In this document: in pieces, positions 23,326-35,762 of the stretch
Numbering within the stretch: position 1 is the stretch's first letter
Layout: every line of letters begins with the position of its first letter
Assembly (NCBI RefSeq): GCF_006345805.1
Contig: NC_043005.1
Coordinates: 44,516,001-44,580,000, forward strand
Length of the DNA stretch: 64,000 bases
Direction: 5' to 3'
Source of the DNA: Octopus sinensis
Taxonomy: Eukaryota
Translations under genes and position numbers: made by a program
The notes under the pieces: model-generated
The model's input: only the letters and a program-made list of their open reading frames with translations
What the model was told of the DNA's origin: nothing
Database searches by the model: none

Positions 23326-23944
23326 ATTGTCACTCCTATGTTAATGGTACTTATTTTGTCTCTTAAGTAACTGCTAAACCTTCTTAATCCTTTTCTTGTG
23401 GACATCAGATATATATATACTCAAAATTTCATTACCTTTAACTGTGGTTTTATATACCAATCTATCTTTTGTTGTTGAACTATTTTCTGTTGAGATATTT
23501 TAGGTTTATTGTGACAACATGACTTGCAGAAAATAGCAAATTGTAATTTTAGGTAGACTCTTAACATTGTTACTGGAATAACCCTGAAATTTAATTTTGA
23601 ATTTAATGGATTAAAATTACATCACACTATCTTAATAGGAGTGGGGAAGAATAAATTATATAATGTAGTCCTGTAGCCTACCACAACAGAATGGTCACAT
23701 ATGGAATGTCAGTGACAGCATGGTTTCTCAGTTAGGGTTGGCCTAGAGTAAAACAATAGCAACTGCTTGGAACCCTTAGATTCCAAGCAAGCATTGCTTT
23801 GCTTGGGTTTGAATACAATAAGCAATATAGATTTTTCTGTTGTAGCCATCTGTACTGATTCAGTTGATTACTCATGTTGAGAAATACAACAGTCTTACAG
23901 ACACAGCAGTACCAGGTCTCTTATTCCAAAATTATAATGTTGTA

Positions 23945-24558
23945 TTACTCAGCAAGCGTAAGTGAGACCATAACCTTGTGGCCTATGCCAGGGGTGTAAC
24001 CAGTCCACTTATGCGTGCCTTTCCTTCATTGGACACTAAACTCTGCTTGCGAAGACTTATTGAGGCAAGTGAAATTGATATTGAAATCAAATTCGATGAC
24101 TGGCATCCGTGCTAGTGGAGCGCTAAAAGAACCATATGAGTGAGATCGGGGCCAGAGCAATAAGCTCGCCTCCAAGCTGATAGCACGTTAAAAACACCAC
24201 TCGAGCATGATTGTTACCTGTGTTGCCTACTAGCACTTGTGCTGGTGGCACGTGAAAAAAACATTAAAGCAAGGTCGTTGCCAGTGCCGCTGGACTGGCT
24301 ACTGTGCAGGTGGCACATAAAAAGCACCATTTGAGCATGGCCATTGCCAGTACCGCCTGACTGGCCCTCGTGCCGATGGCATGTAAAAGCACCCACTACA
24401 CTCTTGGAGTGGTTGGCATTAGGAAGGGCATCAAGCTGTAGAAACCGTGCCAGATCAGATTGGAGTTTTGTGCAGCCATCTGGTTTGCCAGAACTCAGTC
24501 AAATCGTCCAATCCATGCTAGCATGGAAAGCGGACACTAAACGACGATGATGATGATG
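23945..24558 (+). mobile_element. Long RTE LINE 3' fragment (full 3'UTR with repeat units)
   Basis: Several GGTGGCAC..AAAAGCACC units, TTAGGAAGGGCATC, CATGCTAGCATGGAAAGCGGAC, (GAT)n tail. Confidence 0.8.
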
Positions 24559-24777
24559 TATTCTGCTGGAGCTGCTACATTGAGTACTAGCTGAAGATAT
24601 TTAATTGAATTTATTTCAATGCAACCTTAGTTGTGTTAAGTGACTATAAAAGAATTTGTGGAAATAGTTGAAAGGATTTTCTCGTAAGTCAAATTTGACA
24701 TGGGAAATCAAAGTTAAAACTGAAATCAAGAAATAAAACATCACTTTGGTCTTAAAATTCCCCGCAAGAGAGTTTAA

Positions 24778-25303
24778 CCCTTTAGCATTCACATTATTCT
24801 GTCAAAAGTAATACTTATTTATTCACATTGTTTTGAATTAATCATGCATTATCTCTCTTATAGCTTTGCAATTTTGATGAGATAACTGTTAATTTTTAGA
24901 ATGATATTCTAGGGTTTGTGTGAGAGGCCACATCTGGCCAGCTTGAACATAAAACAAACAGAATATTTTGGTGGGCCCAGTGGTTAGAGCGTCAGGCTCA
25001 CAATCATGAGGTAGTGAGTTTGATTCCGGGCTGTGTGTTGTGTTCTTTATTTCATATTGCTCCAGTTCCCTTGACTATAGAAATGAATTGTGATGCAACT
25101 GGTGCCAAGCTGTATTGGCCTTTGCTTTTCCTTTGGATAATATCAGTGACATGAGAGGGGAGGATGGTATGCATGGAGAACTGCTAATCTTCCACAAAAC
25201 AACCTTGTCTGGACTTGTGCTTCAGAGCATAACTTTCTAGGTGCAAACCCATGGTCATTCATGACCAAAGGGGGTCTTAAAAGACTGATTTAAATGCTAA
25301 GGG
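24778..25303. mobile_element. piggyBac-type MITE containing a nested SINE C
   Basis: TTAA|CCCTTTAGCATT ... AATGCTAAGGG|TTAA; an uninterrupted sister copy lies at 56752-56969. Confidence 0.85.
24971..25280 (+). mobile_element. SINE family C
   Basis: CAGTGGTTAGAGCGTCAGGCTCACAATCATGAGGTAGTGAGTTTGATTCC head; colinear with 402-730. Confidence 0.85.
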
Positions 25304-26614
25304 TTAATTTCATAGTGCATGAGATTGTCACTCTAGTTTTAAATATTTCTGACTGATACGATTTCATCTGCTTATGTCAATGTTCTAGTTAAAATAATTA
25401 TGTATATAAAAAGAAAGAAACAAAAAAGAACTTGAGAAATACAAACTCCTTTTGTTTATCTTCCACAGTTTTCAAGTTTTATGCTTCATTAAGAAATCAT
25501 TGTTTGGAATAAAATGTTTATAAAATTCACGACAGAAAACTTATTAACCTAATAATGAAGATTTTCATTTTTTTAAACTTTACAATATTCTTTTGCTAAA
25601 CTATATTCTGACAAAATTCGAACTTTCGTTAATCCTTCATATTCATGACAACAACAGCAACAACACTGTGGCATACAGTCATTGTCGATTTACCTTTTGT
25701 AAATCAACAATGGCTTTATGCTACAAATGATATAATTACGATTGAATGTTTATTTTGAAAATATATGAAGACACCTAAAACAAAATTTTAGGTATATTTG
25801 AAAATACTATTTCTTCTAGTAAATACTTTTGACAACTATAAAATATTTATAGTTCTCTCTTTCTATATAGGATATTTCAACTGGCAGGTTTACATTTTAA
25901 GAAATGTAAGAACTATCTCATCATTAATAACACATTTTGAAAATTTACCAAGTTTCTGATATTTTATATTCACATATTTATTATATGTGTTTTTAGGCAT
26001 CAAAACTTTTAAAGTTTTCTAAATTTCTTTCTTTCTTTTTTCTTTTTCTTTTTCTCTTTGTTTGAAAACAAAACATCAGATTTTGTTAGAGTTTGATAAC
26101 TTTAAAATTTTTATTATTTTCTAGCAGACAGAAATGTAAAGAATATTACATATTATTTTTTTTACTTGCCACCTCTCTGTTTTACTAAACTAATTGGTCC
26201 GTTTTCATAAAATTTGGTAGTTTAATATAAAATAGAGGCTTTAGGTTGTAAATTGTCAGTACATTGTCAAACTAAACACCTTACTGAGTATATTAGGTTT
26301 ATTTCTTCTGTCTTGATATCAAATCTTGTCAGAATAACTTTACTTTGCAGTGTTCTATGTAGGAGACCAATATCATAAAGATCTATATAATGAAAACTGA
26401 AGAACCATTCCTGGCAAACTAAGGTTTGGATTTAATTTTTGATTCACAATTAAAGTTAATTCACTTCATTTAATTCCATTAACATCTTTGAGAAAGACAT
26501 GAATGTCATATGTAATTTCTACCAAATATAATTTCTTGACTTTGTGCCAAAGTAAGAACCTTATGTAGTTTGGCCACTGGAGGAAACTAATATTACATAT
26601 AGAATTAAGGCAGC

Positions 26615-26812
26615 AAACTGGCAGAATTGTTACCGTACTGGCAGCATCTCTTCTGACTTGTTCAGAGTTCAAATACCAACGAGGTCGACTTTTTTATTTT
26701 ATTTTTTTTTACTTTTCATCCTTTTGAGGTCAAAAAAATAAGTACCAATTGAATACTGTGGTTGGTGTAATTGATTACCCACCCATCCCTGTCCAACCAA
26801 AATTTGAAACCA
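26615..26812 (+). mobile_element. SINE family A
   Basis: CTGGCAGAATTGTTA...GAGTTCAAAT...GAGGTCGACTTT...AAGTACCA...CAAAATTTGAAAC. Confidence 0.75.
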
Positions 26813-26828
26813 ATATTACAGATAGGCA

Positions 26829-27232
26829 TAGGAGTGGCTGCGTGGTAAGTAGTTTGCTTACTAACCACATGGTTCTGGGTTCAGTTCCACTGCGTGGCAC
26901 CTTGTACAAGTGTCTTCTACTATAGCCTCCGGGCCGACCAAAGTCTTGTGAGAGTGTTTGGTAGACGGAAATTGAAAGAAGCCCGTCGTATATATATGCA
27001 TGTGTGTGTGTGTGTATATGTTTGTGTGTCTGTGTTTGTCCCCCCAACATCGCTTGACAACCGATGGTGGTGTGTTTAAGTCCCCGTAACTTAGCGGTTC
27101 GGCAAAAGAAACCAATAGAATAAGTACTAGGCTTCCAAAGAATAAGTCCTGTGGTTGATTTGCTCGACTAAAGGCGGTGCTCCAGCATGGCCCCAGTCAA
27201 ATGACTGAAACAAGTAAAAGAGGAAAAGAGTA
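26829..27232 (+). mobile_element. SINE family B, full length
   Basis: AGGAGTGGCTGCGTGGTAAG head through GGCGGTGCTCCAGCATGGCC...GACTGAAACAAGTAAAAGAG tail. Confidence 0.92.
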
Positions 27233-27822
27233 GACAATGCTTTATGGTTTGTACTGCAATGCACCACCACACTGAGTTCAGTTTCCATTGAAGACCATGT
27301 TGTCTATCTTGACACCAAGTTCTATTGAAGATAAATTTGACTGTCTTGAAGTCAAATTTCATTGAAGATCATTGTCTATCGTGTCATCACTCTATTGAAA
27401 TCATTTTATTTGTCTTGATCCCAAATTCCATTGAAGATAACTTTGTGTATCTCAGTATCAACTTGGCTTTTGTATCCTGATTTAACCTCCAAAGAACAAG
27501 TCAACACAGGATTGATCTTTTTTTTCTCTACACAATCCAAGAGAAACAATATAGTTAAGGTAGTTCTGATGACCAAGACAGGTGCTTTATTTATAGTTAT
27601 AAGTGCTTTATAATTTTAATTGTATTTACGGTAGCCAGACATCAGATCCAGTTGAATGGACAAAATATCATACATATATTCTTCATTCAAATGACACTGA
27701 GATTAAGCACTTTAAAAAATTTTTCCAGGACAAGTAAAAGAGGCATCATTCAAGTTCTTGGGTGGTGGTGGAGAGGTCTATAGATTTGACTGTATACTTC
27801 CCTAAAATGAATGGCTTTGTAC

Positions 27823-28280
27823 ATCATCATCATCATCATCATTGTTTAACGTCTGCTTTCCATACTGGCATGGGTTGGACAGTTTAACTGAAGTCTGGCA
27901 AACCAGATGGCTGCACCAGGTTCCAATCTGATGCAGCAATGTTTCTACAGCTAGATGCCCTTCCTAACACCAACCACTCTGAGGGTGTAGTGGGTGCCTT
28001 TTATGTGCCACTGGCATGGAAGCCAGTCAGTGGGGACTGGCATCAACCACGTTTGGATGGTGCATTTTACGTGCCACTGGCATGGGAGCCAGTCAAAGGG
28101 AACTGACTTCAACCACGTTTGGATGGTGCTTTTTATGTGCCACCAGCACAGAAGCCAGTCAGAGGGCACTGGCACCAAACATGTTCAGATGGTGCTTTTT
28201 ATGTGCCACTGACATGGGATTCAGTCTGGAGGCACTGGCATTAACCATGTTCAGATAGTGCTTTTTATGTGTCACCGACA
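27823..28280 (-). mobile_element. RTE LINE 3'UTR with four 66-bp tandem units plus a partial fifth
   Basis: (CAT)n tail; units GTGC.TTTTA.GTGCCAC.GGCA...GCCAGTC...CTGGC...GGATG at ~27993-28280. Confidence 0.88.
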
Positions 28281-28933
28281 ATGAGAATATGTAATTATCT
28301 CTGTTCTGAAATAGTTTAGGATCACTAAATTTTCTTTTGAATAATGCTGTAACAGGTTATGTAATCATTATCAAGACTTATTGAAAAGGAACTCTTAATA
28401 AGGCTGGAATATGCTTGGAATTGTCACAGCACTTGCTAGCCTGGGTTTCTGAGTTGTTTCCCTTATATTTGTTGACAATAATTTTTCTCTTTTGTACAGA
28501 TCTAATTTAAATTAAAGGAAGAGAAGTGTTTTACTTAAGTAATTAAATATGATTGCCCCCTTAACAATGCATTCTTCAGATGGAAGTTATTTCTGGGAAA
28601 TGTTTCCATGTCATTATTTAAATTGCTTAATTACTTAATGACTTTTTTCACTCCATATCCATATACCATCTCAGTCATCTATGATTTGGTTAGTACTGGT
28701 AGGGTTATACTTCACAGATGAGATTTAATTAGACTGGAACATATTTGAAGTTGTCATTGTACTTGCCAAAATATCAGATTTCGATCACACAACATGCCCC
28801 TATTCAGTTTGGATTTTTGCAATGTCACCTTTGGAATTCTTGACAACAACAATAACAATAATAATAATGATAATCCTTTCTACTTTAGGCACAAGGCCTA
28901 GATTTTGTGGGGAGGAGGACAGTCAATCACATA

Positions 28934-29997
28934 CTGTCAAGTCCATACTTGTTGCAGAGTGTCCAATAGACAACCCTGGCTATATTGTCGTGGTATCTCT
29001 TATATTCCTTCTGGGCTAGTGGCATACATTGGCTGGTAATATGCCATACCGTTTCACCATTTTGTCCACAGATTCTGCATTTATCACTTTCTGCTGTGTT
29101 GTCTATTCTGTATTTTATGTAGTTTGTTCTTAGTGCTTGCTCTTGGGCAGCACAGATTAGAGCCTCCATTTCCAGTTTTAAATCACTTTTAGCCATCCAC
29201 ACAGCCATCTTTTTTCTCTGTCTGTTTTATCTTCAACATCCCTATGAAATTGACCATGTATTCTTTTCTTTACCCACCTATTTTCAGTTTCATTCATTTT
29301 CAATTTCTTGTATAGTGCTTTATATTTGCAATCTTTCTTCCTACCCAAGCCTGACCTTCCTACTTCTAATAATAGCGGTTCTGTGGCCTTTTTTACATAC
29401 CTTGCTATGTTGTTTTCTTCTGCTCTAATACTGTATTCGCATCCAATAAGTCCTCTTCCCCCTCTCTTTTTTTGGTACATACAGTCTGGCTGTGTCACTT
29501 TTTGGGTGGAGTGACCCATATCTAGTTAGCAACTTCCTTGTCTTTCCGTCTAAGCTGTTTAGTTAGTCTACTGTCCATGCGATTACCCCTGCTCCATATC
29601 TAAGGTGTGAAACTGCCCAGGTGTTGATAGCTTCGATCTTATTCCATCCATTTAATTTCGACTTAAGTATCAGTCTCAGTCTGCGCAAGTACTCCACCTT
29701 AAATTTTTCTGTCATTTCTTTCTCCATCAATTTATCCATTTCCAGTATACCCAAGTACTTGTAGCTCGTCTCTTCTATCTGCTTCATAACCTCCCCTGAC
29801 AGTATCCTCAGCCCGTCCATACATTTGATTTTGCCCCTCTTCAAGACTAACACACCACACGTTCTCAGTCTGAACTCCATTCTGATATCAGCACTGAAGG
29901 TATACACTATCAACAAGGGAACTGACTTGGGCTTCATCTTTACCATAAAGTTTGAGGTCATCCATGAATAACAAATGGTTGACATTTTGCTGGCGGC
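28934..29997 (-). pseudogene. R4/Dong-clade (RLE-type) non-LTR retrotransposon ORF fragment
   Basis: NHLLFMDDLKLY (RT catalytic motif), YKYLGI, KLNGWNKIEAINTWAV, RLY.PK..GGRGL, QEQALRTN, CRICGQNGETVWHITSQC (CCHC), with frameshifts and a stop. Confidence 0.9.
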
Positions 29998-30100
29998 TTA
30001 TTATTATTGTTGTTGTTGTTATTGTTGCTATTATTATTATTATTATTATTATTATATTATTATTATTATTATTATTATTATTTTTATTGTCATTATAATT
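29998..30100. repeat. (ATT)n/(GTT)n microsatellite abutting the R4 5' end
   Basis: Directly visible. Confidence 0.95.
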
Positions 30101-30104
30101 CTTT

Positions 30105-30485
30105 AATTCTTTAATTCTTTAACTTGTTTCAGTCATTTGACTGCAGCCATGCAAATCGACCCCATGACTTATTCTTTGTAAGCCTAGTACTTATTCACTC
30201 GGTTTCTTTTGTCAAACTGCTAAGTTACAGGGACATAAACACACCAACATTGGTTGTCAGGTGATGGTGGGGAGGAAAAACAGGCAAACAAATACATACA
30301 TACATACATACATACATGCATGCATGCATATGATGGGCTTCTTTCAGTTTCCATTTATGAAATCCACTCACAAGGCTTTGGTCAGCCCAAGTCTATGATA
30401 GAAGACATTTGTCCAAGGTGCCATGCAGGGGGACTGAACCCGGAGCCATGTGGTTGGGAAGCAAGCTTCTTACCATACAGCCACT
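30105..30485 (-). mobile_element. SINE family B
   Basis: Reverse-complement tail, microsatellite and head; short internal deletion. Confidence 0.85.
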
Positions 30486-30768
30486 ATTATTATTATAAAT
30501 ATTCTGCCAAAGTTGACTTTGCCTTTCATCCTTTTGGGGTTGATTAAATAAGTACCAGTTACGCACTGAGGTCAATGTAATCGACTTAATCTCTTCCTCC
30601 AAATTTGAGACCTTGTGCTTCCTGTAGAAAGGAATATTATTATTAATGCTTTCATATCTGAACTGCACTGACTATTAAATTTCCTTGGGTTGGTTAAATA
30701 ACAATTTTTTAAGTCCACAAGCTAGGCAAATGGGCAAGTTGACAGAGTCGTTAGAATGTTGGATGGAA

Positions 30769-31195
30769 CATCATCATCATCATAATCATCATTTAGCGTT
30801 CGCTTTCCATGCTAGCATGGGTTGGATGGTTCAACTGGGGTGTGGGAAGCCAGAAGGCTGCACCAGGCCCAGTCTGATCTGGCAATGTTTCTACGGCTGG
30901 ATGCCCTTCCTAACGCCAACCATTCCGTGAGTGTAGTGGATGCTTTTTACGTGCCACCGGCACAGGTGCCAGACGAGGCTGGCAAACAGCTACGATCGGA
31001 TGGTGCTTTTTATGTGCCACTGGCATGGGGGCCAGGCGAGGCTGGCAACGGCCACGAACGGATGGTGCTTTTTACATGCCACTGGCACGAGGCCAATTGG
31101 GGTGGCGCTGGCAACGGCCACGTTCAGATGGTTCTCTTACGTGCCACCGGCACTGGTATCACAGCTGCAATTTCCATTGATGTTGATCGATTTCC
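30769..31195 (-). mobile_element. RTE LINE 3'UTR with three 62-65 bp units plus a terminal hairpin
   Basis: GTGCC hairpins start at 30951, 31014, 31076 and 31141. Confidence 0.88.
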
Positions 31196-31651
31196 TTGTA
31201 ATATTTACTATGGCTCTCTATAATCTGAGATCAAATCTTGCTGAGGTCAGTTTTGTTTTTTTACTTCTTTCTGGGTTGATAAATAAGATACCAGTTCTGA
31301 GCAGTGGAATGACAGTGGCAGAATCCATTGGCTAAAACAGAAGAAACCTCCTGTTATCCTGTTAGCTTCACCTTAATTATTTGAAGAAGTAAAGATAATC
31401 ATAAGTTGTACAACTAGTAGTGGTAGGCAGATTAATTCTCCTCTAATTGAGTTTCAATGCTGTGTTGGAATAATTACTTCAATTAATTGAAGAAAATAGT
31501 AAAATATTGATATTAGCATAAGTGCAGGAATGAAATTTCCTTAGTGGGTGCAAACTCAGGTTCAAAATTTTTTACAAGTAAGGTCGATTTTTTTCAATCT
31601 TAATATCAAAACAAACACAGGTGTAATAATAATTATTATTATATTTATATG

Positions 31652-32800
31652 AGGCAGTGAGCTGACAGAATTGTTAGCATGCTGCACCAAATGCTTAGCA
31701 GTATTTCATCTGTTTTTGCATTGTGAGTTCAAATTCTGCTGAAGTCAAATTTACCTTTCATTCTTTTTTTTTTTTAAGTCTAGTACTTATTTTAATGATC
31801 TTTTTTGCCAAACCACTAAGTTACAGGGATGTAAACAAACCAGCACCAGTTGCCTAATGGTGGTGGGACAATCACATGCACACACACACACATACACACA
31901 ATGGGTTTCTTTCAGTTTTCTTTAACCAAATCCACTCACAAAGCATTGGTCAGTCCAGAGGTTGATAAAATAAATACCAGTTAAACACTGGGTTAATGTA
32001 ATCAACTTAACCTTAAAACTGCCAGCCGTGTGCCAAAATTTGAGCCAATATTAACATAACTGCAAGAACAGACTTTGCTTAGTGGATGCAAACTCAAGTC
32101 CAAAATATTTTATAAATAATGTCAATTTTTTTCAATCTCTATATCAAAACAAACTCAAGTGTAATAATCCTTTCTACTATAGGCACAAGGCCTGAAATTT
32201 GGTGGAAAGGGACAGTCAATTGCATCGACCCCAGTACACAACTGGTACTTATTTTATCGCCCCTGAAAGGATGAAAGGCAAAGTCGACCTCAACAGAATT
32301 TGAACACAGAATGTGAAGGCAGACAAGATACCGCTAAGCATTTTGCCTGGCATGCTATCACTTCTGCCATAGTAATAATGTAGGCACAGGAGTGACTGTG
32401 TGGTAAGTAGCTTGCTTACCAACCACATGGTTCCAGGTTCATTCCTACTGCATAGCGCCTTGGGAAAGTGTCTTCTACTATAGCCTCGGGCCAACCAAAG
32501 CCCTGTGAGTGGATTTGGTACACAGAAACTGAAAGAAGCCCGTTGTATATATATATATATGTATGTGTGTGTATATGTTTGTGTGACTGTGTATGTCCTC
32601 CCCCCCCCAACATCGCTTGACAACTGATGATGGTGTGTTTAGGTCCCCCATAACTTAGCAGTTCAGCAAAAGAGACCGATAGAATAAGTACTAGGCTTCC
32701 AAAGAATAAGTCCTGGGGTCAATTTGTTCGACTGAAGACGGTGCTCCAGCATGGCTGCAGTCGAATGACTGAAACTAATAAAAGAGTAAAAGAGTAAAGA
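31652..32800. mobile_element. SINE cluster: A(+) split by B(-), then A(-), then B(+)
   Basis: A head 31652-31765, B(-) 31770-31950, A remainder to ~32050, A(-) 32166-32370, B(+) 32385-32800. Confidence 0.75.
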
Positions 32801-33811
32801 GTACATTCATACATCAATCCTATCAGATAAATCTAATAACGGAAAATGAGAACTGAACCTTAATTGTGATGATCATGATAGCCATTATGCCAAAACTCTT
32901 TAGACACATTTTGTCCACTCACATTAGGGCCTCCATTATTGGGCAAGCTAATTTGTTTTTTATCTTTCCCATCATTCACATGAGAATTGTTCATATCTTG
33001 TTGATACTTAATTCTATGCTACAGAACGAAACAATTTGTCAGTATGGCTGAGCATAAAAGGTGGTAAGTTCATAGAAATGATGGTGTGTCAGATTAAATG
33101 CCTTGCATTATTTAATTTTGTTACATTCTGAGTTCAAATCCCACTGGGAGGGAGTCCTTTGTTTTTCGTGTTTTTTTTTTCTTCATCTTGCAGTAGTCGA
33201 TAAAATAAATACCAATAATACAATAATAGTGATTCAATCAGCTTTGCCCTTCTCCTACAAAAACTGGCATTGTAATTAGTCAAAAGAAATCAACCTATTT
33301 AAGAACTAGACTATACTGTTCTCTGGAAATCCATACAATATACTGATTAGGCCATAAGATGGAAGCATTAGAGTGATGATTGAGCTAGCAACTAATAGTT
33401 ATTGATACAGCATATTGATTTCTCCACAGAAAACATTGCAAATGTAATGAAATCAATATCTATACATTCTAGATGGATTTCTTGCAGTTATTTATTTTTT
33501 TGTTTTTTTGGTTTCATAAATATTTCATAAATATTCAGAAGGACGTTTTCTTCTGCTAAAGATTACTTGGAGAGGAACGCCATAGTCTGGAGAATTACAC
33601 AAACAGTAAATCTGGTCTTGTGACTAACTTATAAAAAGAAGGAAATTGAGAAAGAAAATAGGGTTGCCTCCAGCTGTTACTCACTATTATAAGCAAAAAA
33701 AAACAAAACAAAATAATAGCCATTCTGCAAAGCCTTTGAGCTAATCCTCTGTATATAGGTAAATAAATAAAAACAATGCATGCATGAGTGTGTGTATATA
33801 TATATGCATGA

Positions 33812-33856
<45 letters not shown>

Positions 33857-34069
33857 CTGCTGTTGAGAGTCATATTAAGCCCTAATTGTTTCATTAAGAT
33901 AATGTATGAATTTAAGGCTTAACATCATCTAACCATCATTCAAACAATGAACTTTATGTTAGATCATTATTACAAAAATAATCAGGTCTTAAATGTAGGC
34001 TTAAATAACATGGATAGACTACGTCCTCTCCCAAAAGTTGTTAAATGACTGTCGTATAACTGTTTCAAA

Positions 34070-34480
34070 TTTTGGCTCAGGGCCAGCAATTTTGGGGGCA
34101 GAGGGACATCATCATCATCATCATCATCATCGTTTAACATATGGTTTCCATGCTAGCATGGGTTGGACAATTTGACTGAGGACTGGCGAACCAGATGGCT
34201 GCACCAAGCTCCAATCTTGATCTGGCAGAGTTTCTACAGCTGGATGCCCTTCTTAATGCCAACCACTCCGAGAATAGTTGGTACTTTTACATGCCACTGG
34301 CACGAGGGCCAGCGACATCAACTATATTGACCCCAGTGCTCAGCTATACTTTATTTCATAACCCCTAAAGGATGAGAAGCAAAGACCATGGCAAAATTTG
34401 AACTCAGAGCATTAAGAGCTTATGGAAATATCTCTAAGTGTTTTGTCCAGTATGTGAACAATTCTGCCAGCTTACCACCT
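34070..34480 (-). mobile_element. SINE family A with nested RTE 3' fragment (34112-34313)
   Basis: GACATCA flanks the insert at 34105-34111 and 34314-34320 and overlaps the (CAT)n tail. Confidence 0.8.
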
Positions 34481-35336
34481 TCAAATGACTGCATAATAAA
34501 ACTTTTAAAGATAAAAAAATTGCTAAGATTACGAACTTAAGAAGACTTTTTTTTTTTTTAAATAACAACAAATTAGATGTGTAACTAGAATTAATGAAAT
34601 CATCAGTTCCAATGCAAATTTGGAATAACCTTGCACTCCTATGATCTATTTTAAAACTTATCCCCTTGATTAAAGCATTATTTGATATTAATGAAAGAAC
34701 TCATGCTTGAGAATTTTGAATTACGATCAGGTATCAAAGGTTCTAGAAAATAATTTATTCCTATGAGATGAGCTTGACAAGTCTACAAATGATTTCTACA
34801 AGTAGTTATACTTTGATTATAAAGATGCATCAAAACCTTGAAAGAGGTGAAAAGAGAAAAGAAAAAAAAAGAAAGAAAGAAAAGTTATCAAAATTATGTG
34901 GTTAAAAACAAAAAAAAAAAATCAAATTTCAGTAAAGAAGAGATAGTTATATTTTATGTAATATTCTTAACTCGTACTCATGTCAATGTAATAGGTGTAG
35001 GCATAACTGTATGATAATACATTTGCTTCCCAACCACATGCCTCCAAGTTCAGTCCCACTGTGTGGCACCTTGGGCAAATGTCTTCCATTATAGCCTCAG
35101 GCCAACCAAAACCTTGTGAGTGGATTTGGTAGACAGGAAGTGAAAGGAACCTGTTCTTTTATTCTTCTTGTTCCAGTCATTTGACTTCAGCGCCTGTATA
35201 TATATGTATGAGTGCATGCATACATGCATGTTTGTATGTATGCATGTATGTATGTATATATGTATGCATGCATGCATGTATCTATCTATCAATCTAATTA
35301 TCATATCTGTATGTATGTGTGTGTGTTGTATGAGTT

Positions 35337-35369
<33 letters not shown>

Positions 35370-35762
35370 TCATATGTATGTGTGTCTGTATCTGCCTTTG
35401 TCCCCCACCACCACTTAACAACCAATGTTGATGTGTTTACCTCCCTGTAACTTAGCAATTCGGCAAAAGAGACCAATAGAATAAATACCAGGCTTCATAG
35501 CTAAAGTTACTACATAACTTTCAAAAGTAAATAAGAAGCAGCACTGTGAATAGCTTTCATTTATGGAAACATTTAGGTTAAGGAACACCATCATCATTAC
35601 AATGTTCATTTTCATGTCTAATTTTCCTTTTCCTTGCTTGCATGGAGTGGGAGGAATTTATTAAGGTAAATTTTTCTATGGTAGGATGCCCTTCTTGCCA
35701 CCAACCTTTATCTGTTTCTATGCAAGGTAAATATTTACACATATGGCCAGGCATGTTTTTGC

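Noticed and set aside
24971-25030. tRNA genes (A-box/B-box heads of SINE A, B, C)
   Set aside because: No complete cloverleaf; all continue into SINE bodies
27990-28280. CRISPR-like periodic array
   Set aside because: Eukaryotic context; whole units are homologous with no unique spacers; lies inside a LINE 3'UTR
30822-31335. Repetitive ORFs (AFYVPPA / CFLCATG repeats) here and at 27951-28258, 13563-13898
   Set aside because: Antisense translations of the RTE 3'UTR tandem units, not a repeat protein
33539-33606. Candidate plus-strand micro-exon (RTFSSAKDYLERNAIVWRITQT)
   Set aside because: Too short, weak donor, no recognisable homology
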